A DNA stretch of 64,000 nucleotides. Source: the human T2T-CHM13v2.0 reference genome, Homo sapiens. The notes under the pieces are model-generated. The model did no database searches. It worked only from the letters and a program-made list of their open reading frames with translations, and was not told where the DNA came from. The stretch lies in the NCBI RefSeq assembly GCF_009914755.1, contig NC_060926.1; one strand, written 5' to 3'. The position numbers and the translations under genes were made by a program. This document shows, one piece after another, positions 1 to 13,009 of the stretch; positions within the stretch are counted from its first letter, which is position 1, and each line of letters starts with the position of its first letter.

Positions 1-305
1 ATTATTTTTGTCATGATTGCCCCTGTTATTCTGTAAACACTAAGTGATAGTCTGTCACCAAGACAGAGACCATATTTCTAATATCCATCTTTTTTTTTTT
101 TTTTTTTGGATAGGAGTATCATTTGCTTTCATACAATGTTGAATAAAAGCAAAATACTAGTTTCTAGCCTCTCTTGGCTGAACATGAGGCAGGAGAGTTA
201 GAAAATGACAGATGAAGCCAGTTCTTTTCAGGGGTCTGGCTGTTCATAGACGACCTGGCATCATGCAATATTCCTATTTTTCCACCTGGCATAAAGCATG
301 TAATA

Positions 306-616
306 GATGACTGCCCTGCTGGGTTTCAGACTTACTTGGGGCCTGTAGCCCCTTTGTTTTGGCCTATTTCTTCCTTTTGGAAGGGGAGAATTTACCCAAT
401 GCATGTACTCCCACTGTATCTAGGAACTAACCAACTTGCTTTTTATTTTACAGGTTCATAGGCATAAAGGATGTGCATTGTCTCAGATGAGACTTTGAAC
501 TTGGACTTTTGAGTTAATGCTGAAATGAGTTAAGACTTTGGGGGACTGTTGGGAAGACAGGATTGTGTTTTGAAATGTGAGATGGACATGAGATTTGGGA
601 GGGGAAAGGGACAGAA
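306..616 (+). mobile_element. MaLR (MST/THE1-type) internal region, 3' end
   Basis: Typical MaLR-int 3' sequence (GGACTTTTGAGTTAATGCTGAAATGAGTTAAGACTTTGGGGGACTGTTGGGAAG) ending in a purine-rich tract directly before the LTR's TG. Confidence 0.8.
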
Positions 617-976
617 TGATATGGTTTGGATTTTTGTCTCTGCCCAAATATCATGTCTAGTTAGAGAAGGGACCTGATGGGAGGTGATTGGATCATGGGG
701 ACAGATTTCTCCCTTGCTGTTCTCATGATAGTGAGTGAGTTCTCATGAGATATGATGGTTTAAAAGTGTGTGACACTTTCCCCTTTGCTCTCTCCTGCCA
801 CCATGTGAAGAAAGTGCCTGCTTCCTCTTCACTTCCTGCCATGATTATGTTTTCTGAGGCCTCCTAGTCATGCTTCCTGCTAAGCCTGTGGAACTGTGAG
901 TCAATTAACTTCTTTTCTTCATAAGTTACCCAGTCTCAGGTAGTTCTTTATAGCAGTGTGAGAACAGACTAATACA
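617..976 (+). mobile_element. MST-type MaLR LTR (3' LTR)
   Basis: TGATATGGTTTGG...GACTAATACA termini; internal CTGTGAGTCAATTAA and GATAGTGAGTGAGTTCTCATGAGAT motifs. Confidence 0.88.
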
Positions 977-981
977 ATAAT

Positions 982-1088
982 AGTGACCAATTATTTCCAT
1001 TTTTCTGACATTGAGAGGTTTCCCATGATGGAGAGTTTTTAGTTTGAAAACTGGGAATGTCCCTGAAAAACAAGAAAGAGATGGTCAC
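982..1088. mobile_element. MER94-like hAT-Blackjack MITE
   Basis: Terminal inverted repeats AGTGACCA...TGGTCACT flanking ~105 bp that resembles the recalled MER94 consensus. Confidence 0.55.
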
Positions 1089-2511
1089 TTTACTTCTAGA
1101 CATGGTTGTGGACTTGGTAATTTTCCCTGGTCTGACTGGGTCTCTTCCATCAGAATATCAGCATGCCTGTCCTCACCACCTGAGAGGTGACTGGTGAAAG
1201 CTTGGGGCAGAGCAAAGTAGGGATGTTTGCAGAGCATATTAGAATTATGAAGACAGAGAAAGAACCTTAGAGGATTAACATCAAGATTTCCTGACAGGGG
1301 CTGTGTCAGCAAATTCATTCCCTTCCCTAGCTCAAGTTTCCATTTTCCTGAAACACACATAGAATTAGGTATCCAGGCCTGTGGAAATTGAGACATTATC
1401 ACATTACCAGGACAAAAGTTTATCTGGCCTGATTCCTTGTGTCTGATCAATAAAGGATTTTATATTTGTTTCACCAATGAATCTATTCAGAAGAGAGAGA
1501 TGTAGAATTCTCTGTAGCCACACTGGGAATTAGCAATAAGACCACAATTAGATTGCAGGGCCCTGACTCCAAAGCTTATTACTCCACATTCAAACTTTAT
1601 CTTCCCACTGGCTCCTGTGCTGCTGGTGCAGATTTGAGTGATAACACATTGAGATGTCAGGAGGCTGAGGGTACATCTGCTTTCAGAACTGCCTAGGATC
1701 CTTGAGTGAAGAAGAACTTGCTGTCCAAATACCTCATGGTCTCTGAGTGTCCTTTAGTAGAGGAAAATTAGTTTTTTTCCTCTACAGATTTGTTAAACCA
1801 TATAAATCCTCTCCTCTCATGCTTGGGGTTGGGTTATATGAGAGCCATGGCCTCACTAAAGATGAATGTCATATTGTCCAGGAACTTGGGCACATTTTAA
1901 CATAGTCTAAAATTATCTATATACCAGGTACCATGTAACTAAGAATGGAATTACAAAGAGAGCTCCAGATCTCTTTGTTCAGTAACCTATGTTCTATTTC
2001 TGGCTTCCTTGCTAACTTACTGCTGAGCCTTGGATTTAATTGCCGTCCCTAGATCTAGAACTTCCATGGGGACAATATGGTGATGATACCCACAGACCCA
2101 TGATGGCCCTGCCATTGTTTTGATATATTACAACTCCATGATTCTGCTGGTTAGCAGCCTATGGCAAGCATTTTTCCTCTGGCTTGCTGATGCCTGAGAT
2201 ACCACTGTCAGAACTTCATCTGCTGTTCCTAATTCTGGCCTCTGTGAGCATTTATATTGCCTTGGTGGCATTGAGAAGTAAAGGCCAATATTAACTCTGT
2301 GTGGGCTCCGATGCTACTCTGTGAATGAATACCCCATTTCATTTTCTTGGCTCCTGGAAGCTCTGAAAGAATTCATGAATTCCCTGCTATTGAGAGGAAG
2401 AATGAGAATCAATTCTGTCCTCTTTGTTACAAGCAAAAAGTCCATGAATACAGGAGAAAAGAAAATAGGAGCCCCCATGGCAGAGAAGGAGGAAAAAATA
2501 TCCTGGGGATT

Positions 2512-2799
2512 TTTCTTTTCTTTTCGAGACAAGTTCTCACATTTTTACCCAGGCGGGTGTGCAGTGGCACAATCACGGCTCACTGTACCCTTGACCTCCC
2601 AGGCTTAAGCAATCCTCCTACCTCAGCCTCCTGAGTAGCTGGAACTATGTGTGTGCATCACCATGCCTGAATATTTTTTTGTAGAGATGGGGTTTCACCT
2701 TGTTACCCAGGCTGGTCTTGAACTCCTGGGCTCAAGCAATCCACCCGCAGTGGCCTCCCAAAGTGCTGGGATTACAGGTGTGAGCCACTGTGCCTGGCT
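2512..2799 (-). mobile_element. AluJ
   Basis: Dimeric Alu on the minus strand; 13-bp TSD TATCCTGGGGATT at 2499-2511 and 2800-2812. Confidence 0.92.
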
Positions 2800-3429
2800 T
2801 ATCCTGGGGATTCTATAAAGCTGCCTTGGGACCATGAGGGAAGTATCCAGGACCTGGGAGACTTAACTCACAGAGAAAATTAGCTTCAGGTGTCCAAGGC
2901 AGAAGGAGGAGAAAAACTTCACTTAAAGCCCGTCTGCATGCTCCTTATGCTGTCTGAGCAAGTGGTCTCACTATCTTAAGCTTCCTTTGCTTCAGATGTA
3001 GGTCAGACACAATTGACCTTAGTCTATCTCCAAGGATGCTGCAGGAATATAAGCCGACTTGAGAGAGCTATCATGGGGCAGAATCTAGTTGAGAGACCTG
3101 ATTGTCACTATGAACCAAGTAGGATTAGGGTGGGGGGCAAGAGAGAAGGACCACAGAAATTGCCTTCTTCTGGTAAAACCTCCGAATCTCACCTCTCAGT
3201 GTATCTTAGAGCTCTCTAGGGCAAGATGGGGTCTTTATTAGGTGCGATTTCAGCAGTACGTAACAGATCACTTGACCATCAATGATTTCAACAAATAATA
3301 CCCCTCTCCATCCATATAATAAGAACCCCAGAGTAAAGAATATGGGTTTTACGGTGATTTAAATGTCACCCCTCCAAAATTTATGTTGAAACCCAGTCTC
3401 CATTGTGGTGTTATTAAAACACCCACTCT

Positions 3430-3650
3430 GTATAGACTGTACTCTAAGCGTGTTGGATATATCAACTTATTTCATTCTCAACACTCGGTGAAGTAGACTA
3501 TGCTTATCATTTCATAGATAAGAGAAATGAAGCACAGAGAGATTAGGTGACTAGTTGAAGATTACACAGCTGATTCTTGGTGGGACTGGGAATTAAATCC
3601 AGAAAAACTGGCTGCTCCATTGTCTGCACTGTTAATCACTCTATTCCACT
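3430..3650 (-). mobile_element. MIR SINE fragment
   Basis: Core ATTTCATAGATAAGAGAAATGAAGCACAGAGAGATTAGGTGACT resembles the MIR core. Confidence 0.65.
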
Positions 3651-6600
3651 ACTTCAAAATAAAACCAAAGACAGCTACACATAATACAAACAGAAATATT
3701 CTGGGGCATGAGAATGTCAAAACTTTTTTTTGTGCATGTGCCCTGGGAAGGGTATTGAGTCTTCGAGGGTGACCCAGCTGACCTGGACAGGCATTGGAGT
3801 AGAGCTAAGGAGGATGGAGAATGACCTGCATGAACATAGTGACCAACTAATGAACAGAAGTGTAGACCTCTCTGTCACGAATGCAGTGATAAATGAAGAA
3901 TGATTGTTCATCTTGGAAAATGCCACCATAGATGCGTGCTGATGGTGAAGGACCAGTTAACTTCCCCTCAATGCCTGGATAATATGCAAGCCCCCTATTC
4001 AAACCTAAACAAATTAATAAAAGGAAATTCCTAGGAATTAGATCACCATAAAGTACACCCTCAGGAAAAGGGAAGAGGAAGAGGAAAATAGAGTGTTTCC
4101 TCCAGAGACTGAATATTAAGCCAGAAGCAATTGAATGATTCTTGAATTGGTAAAATTAAATTACCTGCTACCAAAGAGAGATGGTCATTTCAGAGATAAG
4201 TTACAGTTAGTTGCAAAGAAACAAAGCAAGTAATATCTTTATTAGTCACAAATATTGACTGTCAGATTTGTACCTATTGCATTTGTATCTACTTAAATAT
4301 TCCTTCATCTGTTTGCCTTCTGCACAGGCAGTCGGTGACTTCTCTCTGAGCTTTCTTAAGGCTTCACTCATGTCTCTGTAAGTCATCTTATCATATGGAA
4401 TTACCATCTAGGTCTTCTGCAGTTACACAACTATAGTATCTTTCAGAACAGAGACACATTTCCTTCCCTTCTCTTCCCTTGCCTTCCCTTTCCTTCTTTT
4501 CTTTCATTTTATCCTTCTTTCTTTTTTTGCTTTCTGAATATTTCCTCCTACCTGGTGGTATCTGGAACATTAAGCAGGTGCTCCAGAGATATTTTATTCA
4601 CTTAGATGAGAGTGTAACAGCTGATTGAGATTTTCCGTAACCTTACCTCTCTGCTCCCTGATCTCCAAGAATGATACATGCTACCTGATTTGCAGGAAAA
4701 TAAATGTGCTGAAATTAGACAGCTCCTGCCTCCATCAGGATTGGGCCAGTCTTGGCTGTTGGAGGGAAATGGGTGTGGCTGTCAGAGGGAAGTGAGGGTG
4801 AAACTGTTTTCAGGGCTTTGGGGCTATAAATTTTTGCCAGCACTAATTTACAGTCTTGCTGAAAAAAATACCTCCAATAAATGATGAAGGTTAAATATTA
4901 ACATTATTAAAACTCTAACCCATTAAGATATTATTAATTGGTACAGAACTCTTCAGCTAATAGTATCTGTGTGTTTTGCTTATGTACATCTTTGGAAAGT
5001 AGAAACCTAAATTTAAGTTACATCATATCCTTATGATACAGTAATAAAAGCAATTGCATGGGACTTTTTCTCACTATGATGGATCTAGTACTAGTCTAGC
5101 CTTCCCAATGTAAACAACCATAGAATTAGACAAAATTGACAAGGTAACACTTTCAGTATTGACCACCAGGCAGTGCAAGACTAACCCATAAGAAAAGAGA
5201 AATTCATGAGGTGAGTCCCACAGTGTTAAGTATGTACTCTGTATAATAATCTCTAGAGATGGAAATCTGGCCAGGGTTGTCTAGGGCAGTGAGTAGAGGT
5301 GATTGATGGCAGATGAGGAAAATCTGGGGCTAATGGAAATATACTCTATCTTAAACGGTAGTGGTTGCATCGTTTATGAATTTGTCACAAAGCACCAAAC
5401 TGAATATTTATAATATGTGCCTTTGTTTACATATAAATAATGCCTTGATAATGTTGATGAAAATGATTGCGTAAGGTTTAATAGAATTTGATTTCCTGAT
5501 GGTTTCTGTAAAATAAATTGTTCTAAGGGAAGGATTTGTTGAAAAGGTGAATTGTGGAAATTATTACATTTATAGACACTTAAGTGAAGCACCAAATTAA
5601 GTGAATTTAAATCCATATGATTACAGGCTAATTATTTTGAAGGATACCTGTAAACTGTAAAGCTCAGTTTAACTCTTCTTATTTCACGGGAAATTGTGTG
5701 GCTGTGTTCCTGGGACAGTAGTGGGCCCCCTGTGGACATAGAGCTATCCTCAATTACAATAACTTTATTCCATTTGATTTTGTGTGAAATTTCATGGCAG
5801 AGGAAAAACAAACAATCTACCCTGCTGCAAGGTAAGTGCTTCTCATATACATCTACACATCCCCTCCCCACACTTGGCCACCACCTCCAGCAGGACCTGG
5901 CGGCTTGGTGACTACCAGGCATGGAACCTTCTTAGGCCCCTGGAAGCTCCTGTTCAAGTCTCCCCAAACTGCCTATGTTCTCCCCTCTTTCAATGTACCC
6001 TGTTGGGAATGAGAGCTTATAACAGATTAGTACCTTGTTTCTTCCTCCTTGAAACACCCAGGGCAGTATTTGACTCTAACCAGAATTCCTTGTAAATTTC
6101 AGCTGATGAAATGTACTAGCTGGAAGATAACTGGATTATTATAGCTGGTATCTAGGCACTGATTATCAGGATGTATTTTATCTACCTGGATTGTTTGTTG
6201 TAAATTAATCTTAAATTTATGGATTTATCAATTATAACTGTATGGGGAATATTTGTGAGTTATAAAGTCTTTTAGTTGCAAGACAAATGAGGTATAAAAG
6301 CTAAGAGATCCCCAAACTAAGTGACTGCCCTGTGCCAATGAATCCCAACACTTCCTGATGGTGCTAATTACTCTAATCCCCAAACACATCCCCATGCAGG
6401 ATGAGAAGCCAGTGAACCACATCTGACAGGTTTGGGTCCTTCCTGATATTGAGTTCTTTGCTGGGATTTCATTATTATAATCTTTGTTAATCATTAGTGA
6501 TGCCTCCCAGGACTCTGATTACAGTTCCATGCTTTATATAAGTGTATCTGCCTTTCCTATTCTACCTGGGTCTTTCCTGCCAAAGTCTGAGGATAAGGGG

Positions 6601-7806
6601 AACATATCCTCCCAGATTCCCTTCTCCTGCTGCCTCTGAGACCAAGCTATAGGTCCTTTATATTTTAAGAGTCTTAGTTCTTGAAATCCTTTTAATAGGT
6701 TATCAGGGTTTGCTTTTGGTGTATCTCCTGTATCATTCACCTATTTTTTCTCTTTTACCTTAAACCCCCACCCCCTCTACTTGTTCCTTCCTGTTAGAGT
6801 TTAAAAACAACCATTAGACTTCCATTTGTGGTTTTGATGGCGTAACTTTGAGGAGACCACCACTCCTAAGAACAACTATAAAGGCCAGATAAAATATTTC
6901 TTTAAAGCAGCTAATAAACATGGACCAACCCACCAATAACCGAACAGTACAATGAAATGAAACAGCATCAACAAAAACAAAACATTTCTGAAGCCACTGG
7001 ATACTAGCCACACAGCCAGGATGTAGGGGACAGATACCAGAGAAAAGAGACGTGGATTACGCTGCGGCCACCTTTCCATATGTTATTTCCCCCGATGGCA
7101 TTTGCTGATTTTGGGCTTGGGAAAGACTTTGAGGAGCCAGGGAAAGGGCAGTAGCTAAGAGCAGGAAAATCAGAAGAGCTATGGGCAATGCAGTAGAGCT
7201 GGGGAGACAAAATGAGAGCAGCCAGAACTCAGGAGCCACAATAATAGAATGAAGGGAGGTTCAGATGAGTGAGGCTGACTCAGCACAGGTTTGTTCCCTG
7301 GAACAGGTGCCTGTTACCTCCTCAGGGAAAAAGGCTAAGAGGCCAAGCAGAAAGCCACTGAAGAGTAGAGAGGAGTTTTCTGTAGTCTCATTAAGGCAAG
7401 CACCCAAAACTTGTAGTTCAAGGCTTCCAAGGAGGACCGAGCCTCAAAAGCAGTCCAGTCTTTCCATTGGGACCTGTGGAGGGCTCTTTCCTTAGCATGA
7501 GGCCAATCCAGAAGTAGAGGGAGATGCACAGCTCTGGGTCTGCTCAGGCCCTGGTGAAAGCGATGGGTCCCTCTGCTGCCTGCAGGATTTCTACAGCTTA
7601 TAGGCTCCTGAGAAATACCATTTGAATGTATCCTCAGATTACTCTGCTTATCCCTTTGCCAGTTTTCTAACGGTAAACGGACACAATATCATGTTATATT
7701 AAAATTTAATTCTAACTCTTTAATATACCTAATCTCAGTCCCATCTCATAAACTCTGGTGAAGAAGAGAAAAACTGTGGGAATCTGCACATAAAATGATG
7801 GAATTG

Positions 7807-8120
7807 GGCTGGGTGCCGTGGCTCAAGCCTGTAATCCCAGCACTTTGGGAGGCCAAGACTGGTGGATGGCTTGAGTTCAGGAGTTCAAGACCAGGCTGGG
7901 CAATAGGGTGAAACCCTGTCTCTACAAAATCTAGCCAGGCGTGGTGGTGCATGCCTATAGTCCCAGCTACTTGGTGGGGCTGAAGGGGGAGGATCACTTG
8001 AGCCTGGGAGATTGAGGCTGCGGAGAGCCAAGATTACACCACTGCACTCCAGCCTCAGTGATAGATGGAGACCCTGTCTCAAAAAAAACAAAACAAAACA
8101 AAGCAAACAAACAAAAAACA
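7807..8120 (+). mobile_element. AluJ
   Basis: GGCTGGGTGCCGTGGCTCAAGCCTGTAATCCCAGCACTTTGGGAGG start, J-type GGATCACTTGAGCCTGGGAG right arm, (AAAAC)n tail. Confidence 0.92.
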
Positions 8121-9781
8121 AGATGAACACATCTATGGGTGAGGAGAGCAAAACATTAGAATTCTTCCTTCTTTGAGTCTGTGCCTTTAACTTGCTGAGT
8201 GACCTCAGTCATGTCACTTAGCCTCCAATCATCGGAGACATTATTTACTTTCCATTTTCTTTCACTGAGTTGGGGCTTAATCAGCTAAGGCCTGTAAAGA
8301 CTATTTGAATAGTCTCCTTTCTGAAGCTTTCTAAAGTTCCCCCAGCAGTTTTTGTAGCGTGAATCCTTCTTCCCCCAGGTACTGCTGGTCAGAAGAATGG
8401 GATTGAGTTTGCCTGGAATGACATACCCAACTTTTAAGATGACACTTAGATATGCTTGATTTATAGCAAAGCATATCTAGGATATTTCCAGGTTGACGTC
8501 TTTTAAAAGCAGCCCAAGCCTGAACTCTTGTAAGAGTGACAGTTTGCCACGGCCCAATGCAGTGCAGGTTTAAGAAATGCATGTAGCAAACTCTATGTAG
8601 AATTTAGAATGTGTATAGCTTCCTTTCTGGACGATTCTTTGGTGTCATCTCTCTCCTTGGCTCTATGTGTGCAGACGCCCACTTCCACGTCTGGTCTCCA
8701 CTAGAAATCCCTCTCCAACAACACCCTCTGGTCTAACACTTCATCTAATGTCCCTCTTATCTCTGGCTCATGCTTTCTTAGTCCTATTTCCCTGCAGAGA
8801 GGCTCAATTTAGGTTTAGATTCTCCTAAGACACCCTCTCTTTTGTGTTGATCAAAATCCAACTTCCTTCTCAGTTCTTAGCGGCGGCCTTATGCATTCAC
8901 CGTGTGCTCGTGTTTCTGTCTGGTCATTTTATTTTTACAAGCTATTGTGGGTTCCTGTTCCTCTGTTCTTACCCATCGCTCAGTATTCCCAAGCATTCTG
9001 TCCTGGCCCTCTTTTCTTCTCACTCCACTTCCATTCCATTGTTTTAATTCTTTCTGTACATTGGAGATGCCATATCCATATCCCCAGCCCAGATTTTTCT
9101 TCTTTGCCTCAGGACCAAATATTTAATTGCCTGAATCCCCACTTGTAGGTTACACAGGCAATTCCAGCTCAACATACCCCAAACTAAGCTTCTCATGTCT
9201 TCCCAAGTCTGTAACCTGTTTTACATAATTCTCACTCGTGTACACTTCAGAAATCTAGTCATTCCTTTGTCTTTACTCCAGTTCAGCTCTTTCTTTTGGC
9301 TCTCCAATGAAGTTCCCATACTGCAGGGAATTTATCTTTCTAAACGAAAACCCAGTCACATTATAAACATCACCTGTGCACACCGCTGTTATGATGTGAA
9401 GCTCCAGGGTACATCTCCTGCATCTACACAATTTGATTTTCTCCTCTAAGGAAGACCCAGGAAAGTAAGACCTCGAGGAGATAAGCACATCTTTTCCCTG
9501 CATACCTATGCCTTGGTCTTCACTTTTATTTCTTTCTTGTCAAGAATCCATTATTTTCCTGGTGACTGACATAAAAAATAGCCATTTTTTTCAAGTGAAA
9601 CCTTAGTTGCCTTGAGATACCTCCTCAGTAGAAACATCACAAGACAACTCTATGTCCTTTCATATAAGGGACACCAACGTGTAGTAATGAAGAACCATAT
9701 ATTTAGGAATATTATTCATCTGTGACATCCAAATAGGCTAGAGGCTTCTTTTGGGCATGTGCATGTGTGCCTGTGTGCGTC

Positions 9782-9825
<44 letters not shown>
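9782..9825. repeat. (CG)n(CA)n compound microsatellite
   Basis: CGCGCGCG followed by ~18 CA units. Confidence 0.95.
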
Positions 9826-9828
<3 letters not shown>

Positions 9829-10942
9829 CACTTTATATTTATCACTTCATAGGAACACCTAATATTTTGCCTAGGAAGAAAATGATTTCCCTATTTACTC
9901 AGAAACTTAAAACCAATTCCAATCACTATTTTTGGAAGAAAGGGATGAGATAAAAGGGATCTGATTGGAAATATTCCGCCACTACCTCTTTTACTTTGCT
10001 CAATAGACCTGTCTCTCTCTTTTTTAATGTAGTGAAGTCAATAGGGATCTGCAACTGTTACTCTCAACCATTTCACTCTCTTCTTGTCTTCCCTGATACT
10101 TATATTGCCAACTGCCTACCAATCCTAGAACCATAATTTTTCCTGCAATTCTTTGGCCCAACCAGTAAAAAGCTCATCTGTTTCTTTCCTGCTGGTTAAA
10201 AATAGGAGAAATAGCCTAATTACCTGTATCTAAATGACTACTGGGTTATGGGCTGTTATAGTTCATTTCTTATGTCAATTTGACTGACTAGGAGAAACTT
10301 CAAATGACAGCCCCCATTTTGATAGGAACTATAACCTGGATCTTAGAAAAGTCTGAATTCATCTATTTGGCAAGTTGGCATCTGCAAACATCAGATGTTA
10401 TCCAAACATCAGAGACAACATCCTTCTGAGTGTAATGAAAAGAGTTTTGACATATATTTTCACTTGCCAGAGATCAGTTTAGTTTCCCTTACCTGAAATT
10501 TTTTGGATAAGCCACACCAAAAACCAAATAGCTGTAACTTTCAAAGTTATAGTTTACACCTTGATGTCCAGAAAATACCAGATAGCTGGGATGTCAAAAA
10601 GACACACTTTTTATTCTCCCAGGTCTGGAGATGAGGGTCATTGGCATGGGAAAGTGATGTTTACAGTTTGTGTGTTGATGTTCAATCCAATGTCAATGAC
10701 TGGAGAGAGGAGAGGCTGTTTTCTTGGGAAAGAGCTATTCTTTCTTTTAGGGTTTATAAGGAATAAACATTTTGTTAATGAGGTGGAAAACTGTGCATAT
10801 GGCCCTTGCAGAAGCTGAGTCATTTTCTAACTTGGAAAAACTTCGTTGATGTCATCAAGTCCCTAGTAAAAATCAATCTGCTTAGGGGAACTCCTGGGCT
10901 TTTGGAGGCCTTTCAGCCTCCAAGAATACATCCTTTTTTGTT

Positions 10943-11288
10943 GTATGTATGTATGTATGCATGTATTTATTTATATTTTACTTTAAGTTCTGGGATACAT
11001 GTTCAGAACGTGCAGGTTTGTTACCTAGGTCTATGTGTGCCATGGTGGTTTGTTGCACCTATTGACCCATTCTCTAAGTTCCCTCCCCTCGCCCCCCACC
11101 CCGCAACAGGCCCTAGTGTGTGTTGTTCCCCTCCCTGGGTCCACGTGTTCTCATTGTTCAACTCCCACTTATGAGTAAGAACATGCAGTGTTTTGTTTTC
11201 TGTTCCTGTCATAGTTTGCTGAGGTTGATGGCTTCCAGCTTCATCCACGTCCCTGCAAAGGACATGATCTCATTCCTTTTTATGGCTG
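10943..11288 (-). mobile_element. L1PA 3' end (about L1PA7/8), 5'-truncated
   Basis: Reverse L1 3'UTR (TTTAAGTTCTGGGATACATG...CATTGTTCAACTCCCACTTATGAGT); tail has decayed to (TGTA)n. Confidence 0.88.
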
Positions 11289-11599
11289 AACACTTTCAAA
11301 TTAGCACTCATTTTCTGGGGGATATTATTGTCATTCAAACAATCTAAATTTCTGGGAAGGTGACACTTAGACTCCTGCAAAGTCAGGGTCTTTATGTGAA
11401 AGAACAGATATTTACTGAGGTGAAAGGAAGGAGAGACTGAAGCATAAAAGAAAGAAGGAAAGAAAAAGGAATAAAAAATTTCTTATTGTCTAATATTTTA
11501 AGAACTTCGCAGGCTCATTTGAGTATTTTAAACGGTAACTTAATCCTCTCAATAATCTTTTGAGAAAGTATTGCTACCTTCTTTTAAAAAACAAAACTC

Positions 11600-11930
11600 G
11601 GCCAGGCGCGGTGGCTCATGCTTGCAATCCCAGCAGTTTGGGAGGCTGAGGCAGGCAGATCATGAGGTAAGGGATTCGAGACCAGTCTGGCCAACATGGT
11701 GAAACCCTGTCTCTACTAAAAATACAAAAATTAGCTGGGCATAGTGGCAGGCGCCTGTAATCCCAGCTACTCAGGAGGCTGAGGCAGGAGAATTGTTTGA
11801 ACCTGGGGGCGCGGAGATTGCAGTGAGCCAAGATTGTGCCACTGCATTCTAGCCTGGGTGACAGAGTGAGTCTCCGTCTCAAAAAACAAACAAACAAACA
11901 AACAAAAAAAGAAAAGAAAAGAAAAGAAAA
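11600..11930 (+). mobile_element. AluS
   Basis: GGCCAGGCGCGGTGGCTCA start, full dimer, A-rich tail, AAAAC(A/C)AAACTC TSD-like flanks. Confidence 0.93.
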
Positions 11931-12535
11931 AACCCAAACTCATGCCACTCAGAGAGGTAAACTAACTCTTCAAATGGTAGAGAACGAATACATTGCGGGG
12001 TCCATTAAGAGCCCATGTTCTTGCCCTGCTCTTGGCTATCTCACGAAGGAAAGCTCTCTACCCTATTTCTCACCACAACACTCCTGATCAACACATCAGA
12101 CCCAGGAGACAGTGAGGTAACAGATGTTGCAGCCTGAGCTGAGTATAAAACCTAATTACTTGAGTCTGTATTTTTCTCCTGCTCATTTTGACTGGAACTC
12201 ACCAGGAATGACATTTCCTATTTTCTTCCAGACACACTTTCATGAAATATTTTTTGAAACATGACCGTAGAAGAAAATGGATGATGTGAGATTGTGAGAA
12301 TGTGTTCAACATTACAGTTTGTCTTTGTTGAAATAAGGTGTGCCACTGTCTGCCTCAACTGTAGACTTCTAAGCCATCTCCTTTTTCTTCTCTAATAAAC
12401 CGGGCGAAGTCTGGATCATGAGCTGACCACCCTTTCACCTCCATTATTAGAGGACATTTTGCTACTTCCTCAATATTCTCAACGCATGGCTTTTCTCTGA
12501 AAGTTCTGCATGCTCGCCAAGAAATATATAACATC

Positions 12536-12820
12536 AGCTCGGTTCCATGGCTCCTGCCTGTAATTCCAGCTCTTCGGGATGCTGAGACTGGTGAATCACT
12601 TGAGCTCAGGAGTTTGAGACCAGCCTGGGCAACAGGACAAAGCCCCATCTCTATTAAAAATACAAAAATTAGCCCAGTGTGGTGGTGCACATCTGTGGTC
12701 CCAGCTACTCTGGAGGATCACTGGAGCCCGGGAGGTTGAGTTTACAGTGAGCCTTGATTGAGTCACTGCACTTCAGCCTGAGTGACAGAGTGAGACATTG
12801 TCTCAAAAATAAAAAGGAAA
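12536..12820 (+). mobile_element. AluJ (diverged, small internal deletion)
   Basis: Alu dimer with TTGAGCTCAGGAGTTTGAGACCAGCCTGGGCAAC; imperfect TSD AAGAAA(T/A)(A/T)TATAAC. Confidence 0.88.
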
Positions 12821-13009
12821 AGAAAATTTATAACGTAAGTGAATTAAACATTTCCTGTTTTCTTTTTAATAAGGTCACTCCTTTAATGAGGATACTCTGC
12901 GAAACCTCTGCCCAAGGAATTTCCCTTTAATTTTTACAAAGAATCAACATTATATAATGAGATTTTCCTAATGGCAAAGGACATATTCAATATATGCTGA
13001 ATAATAGCA

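Noticed and set aside
7030-7095. Small CpG cluster (GACGTGGATTACGCTGCGGCC) as a promoter
   Set aside because: It has only four CpGs and no supporting structure, so it cannot be distinguished from chance.
7746-8151. Alu-derived ORFs here and at ~11.6, 19.5, 33.1, 33.9, 34.7 and 61.6 kb
   Set aside because: They are typical Alu translations (LECSG, PASAS, LGLQA), not genes.
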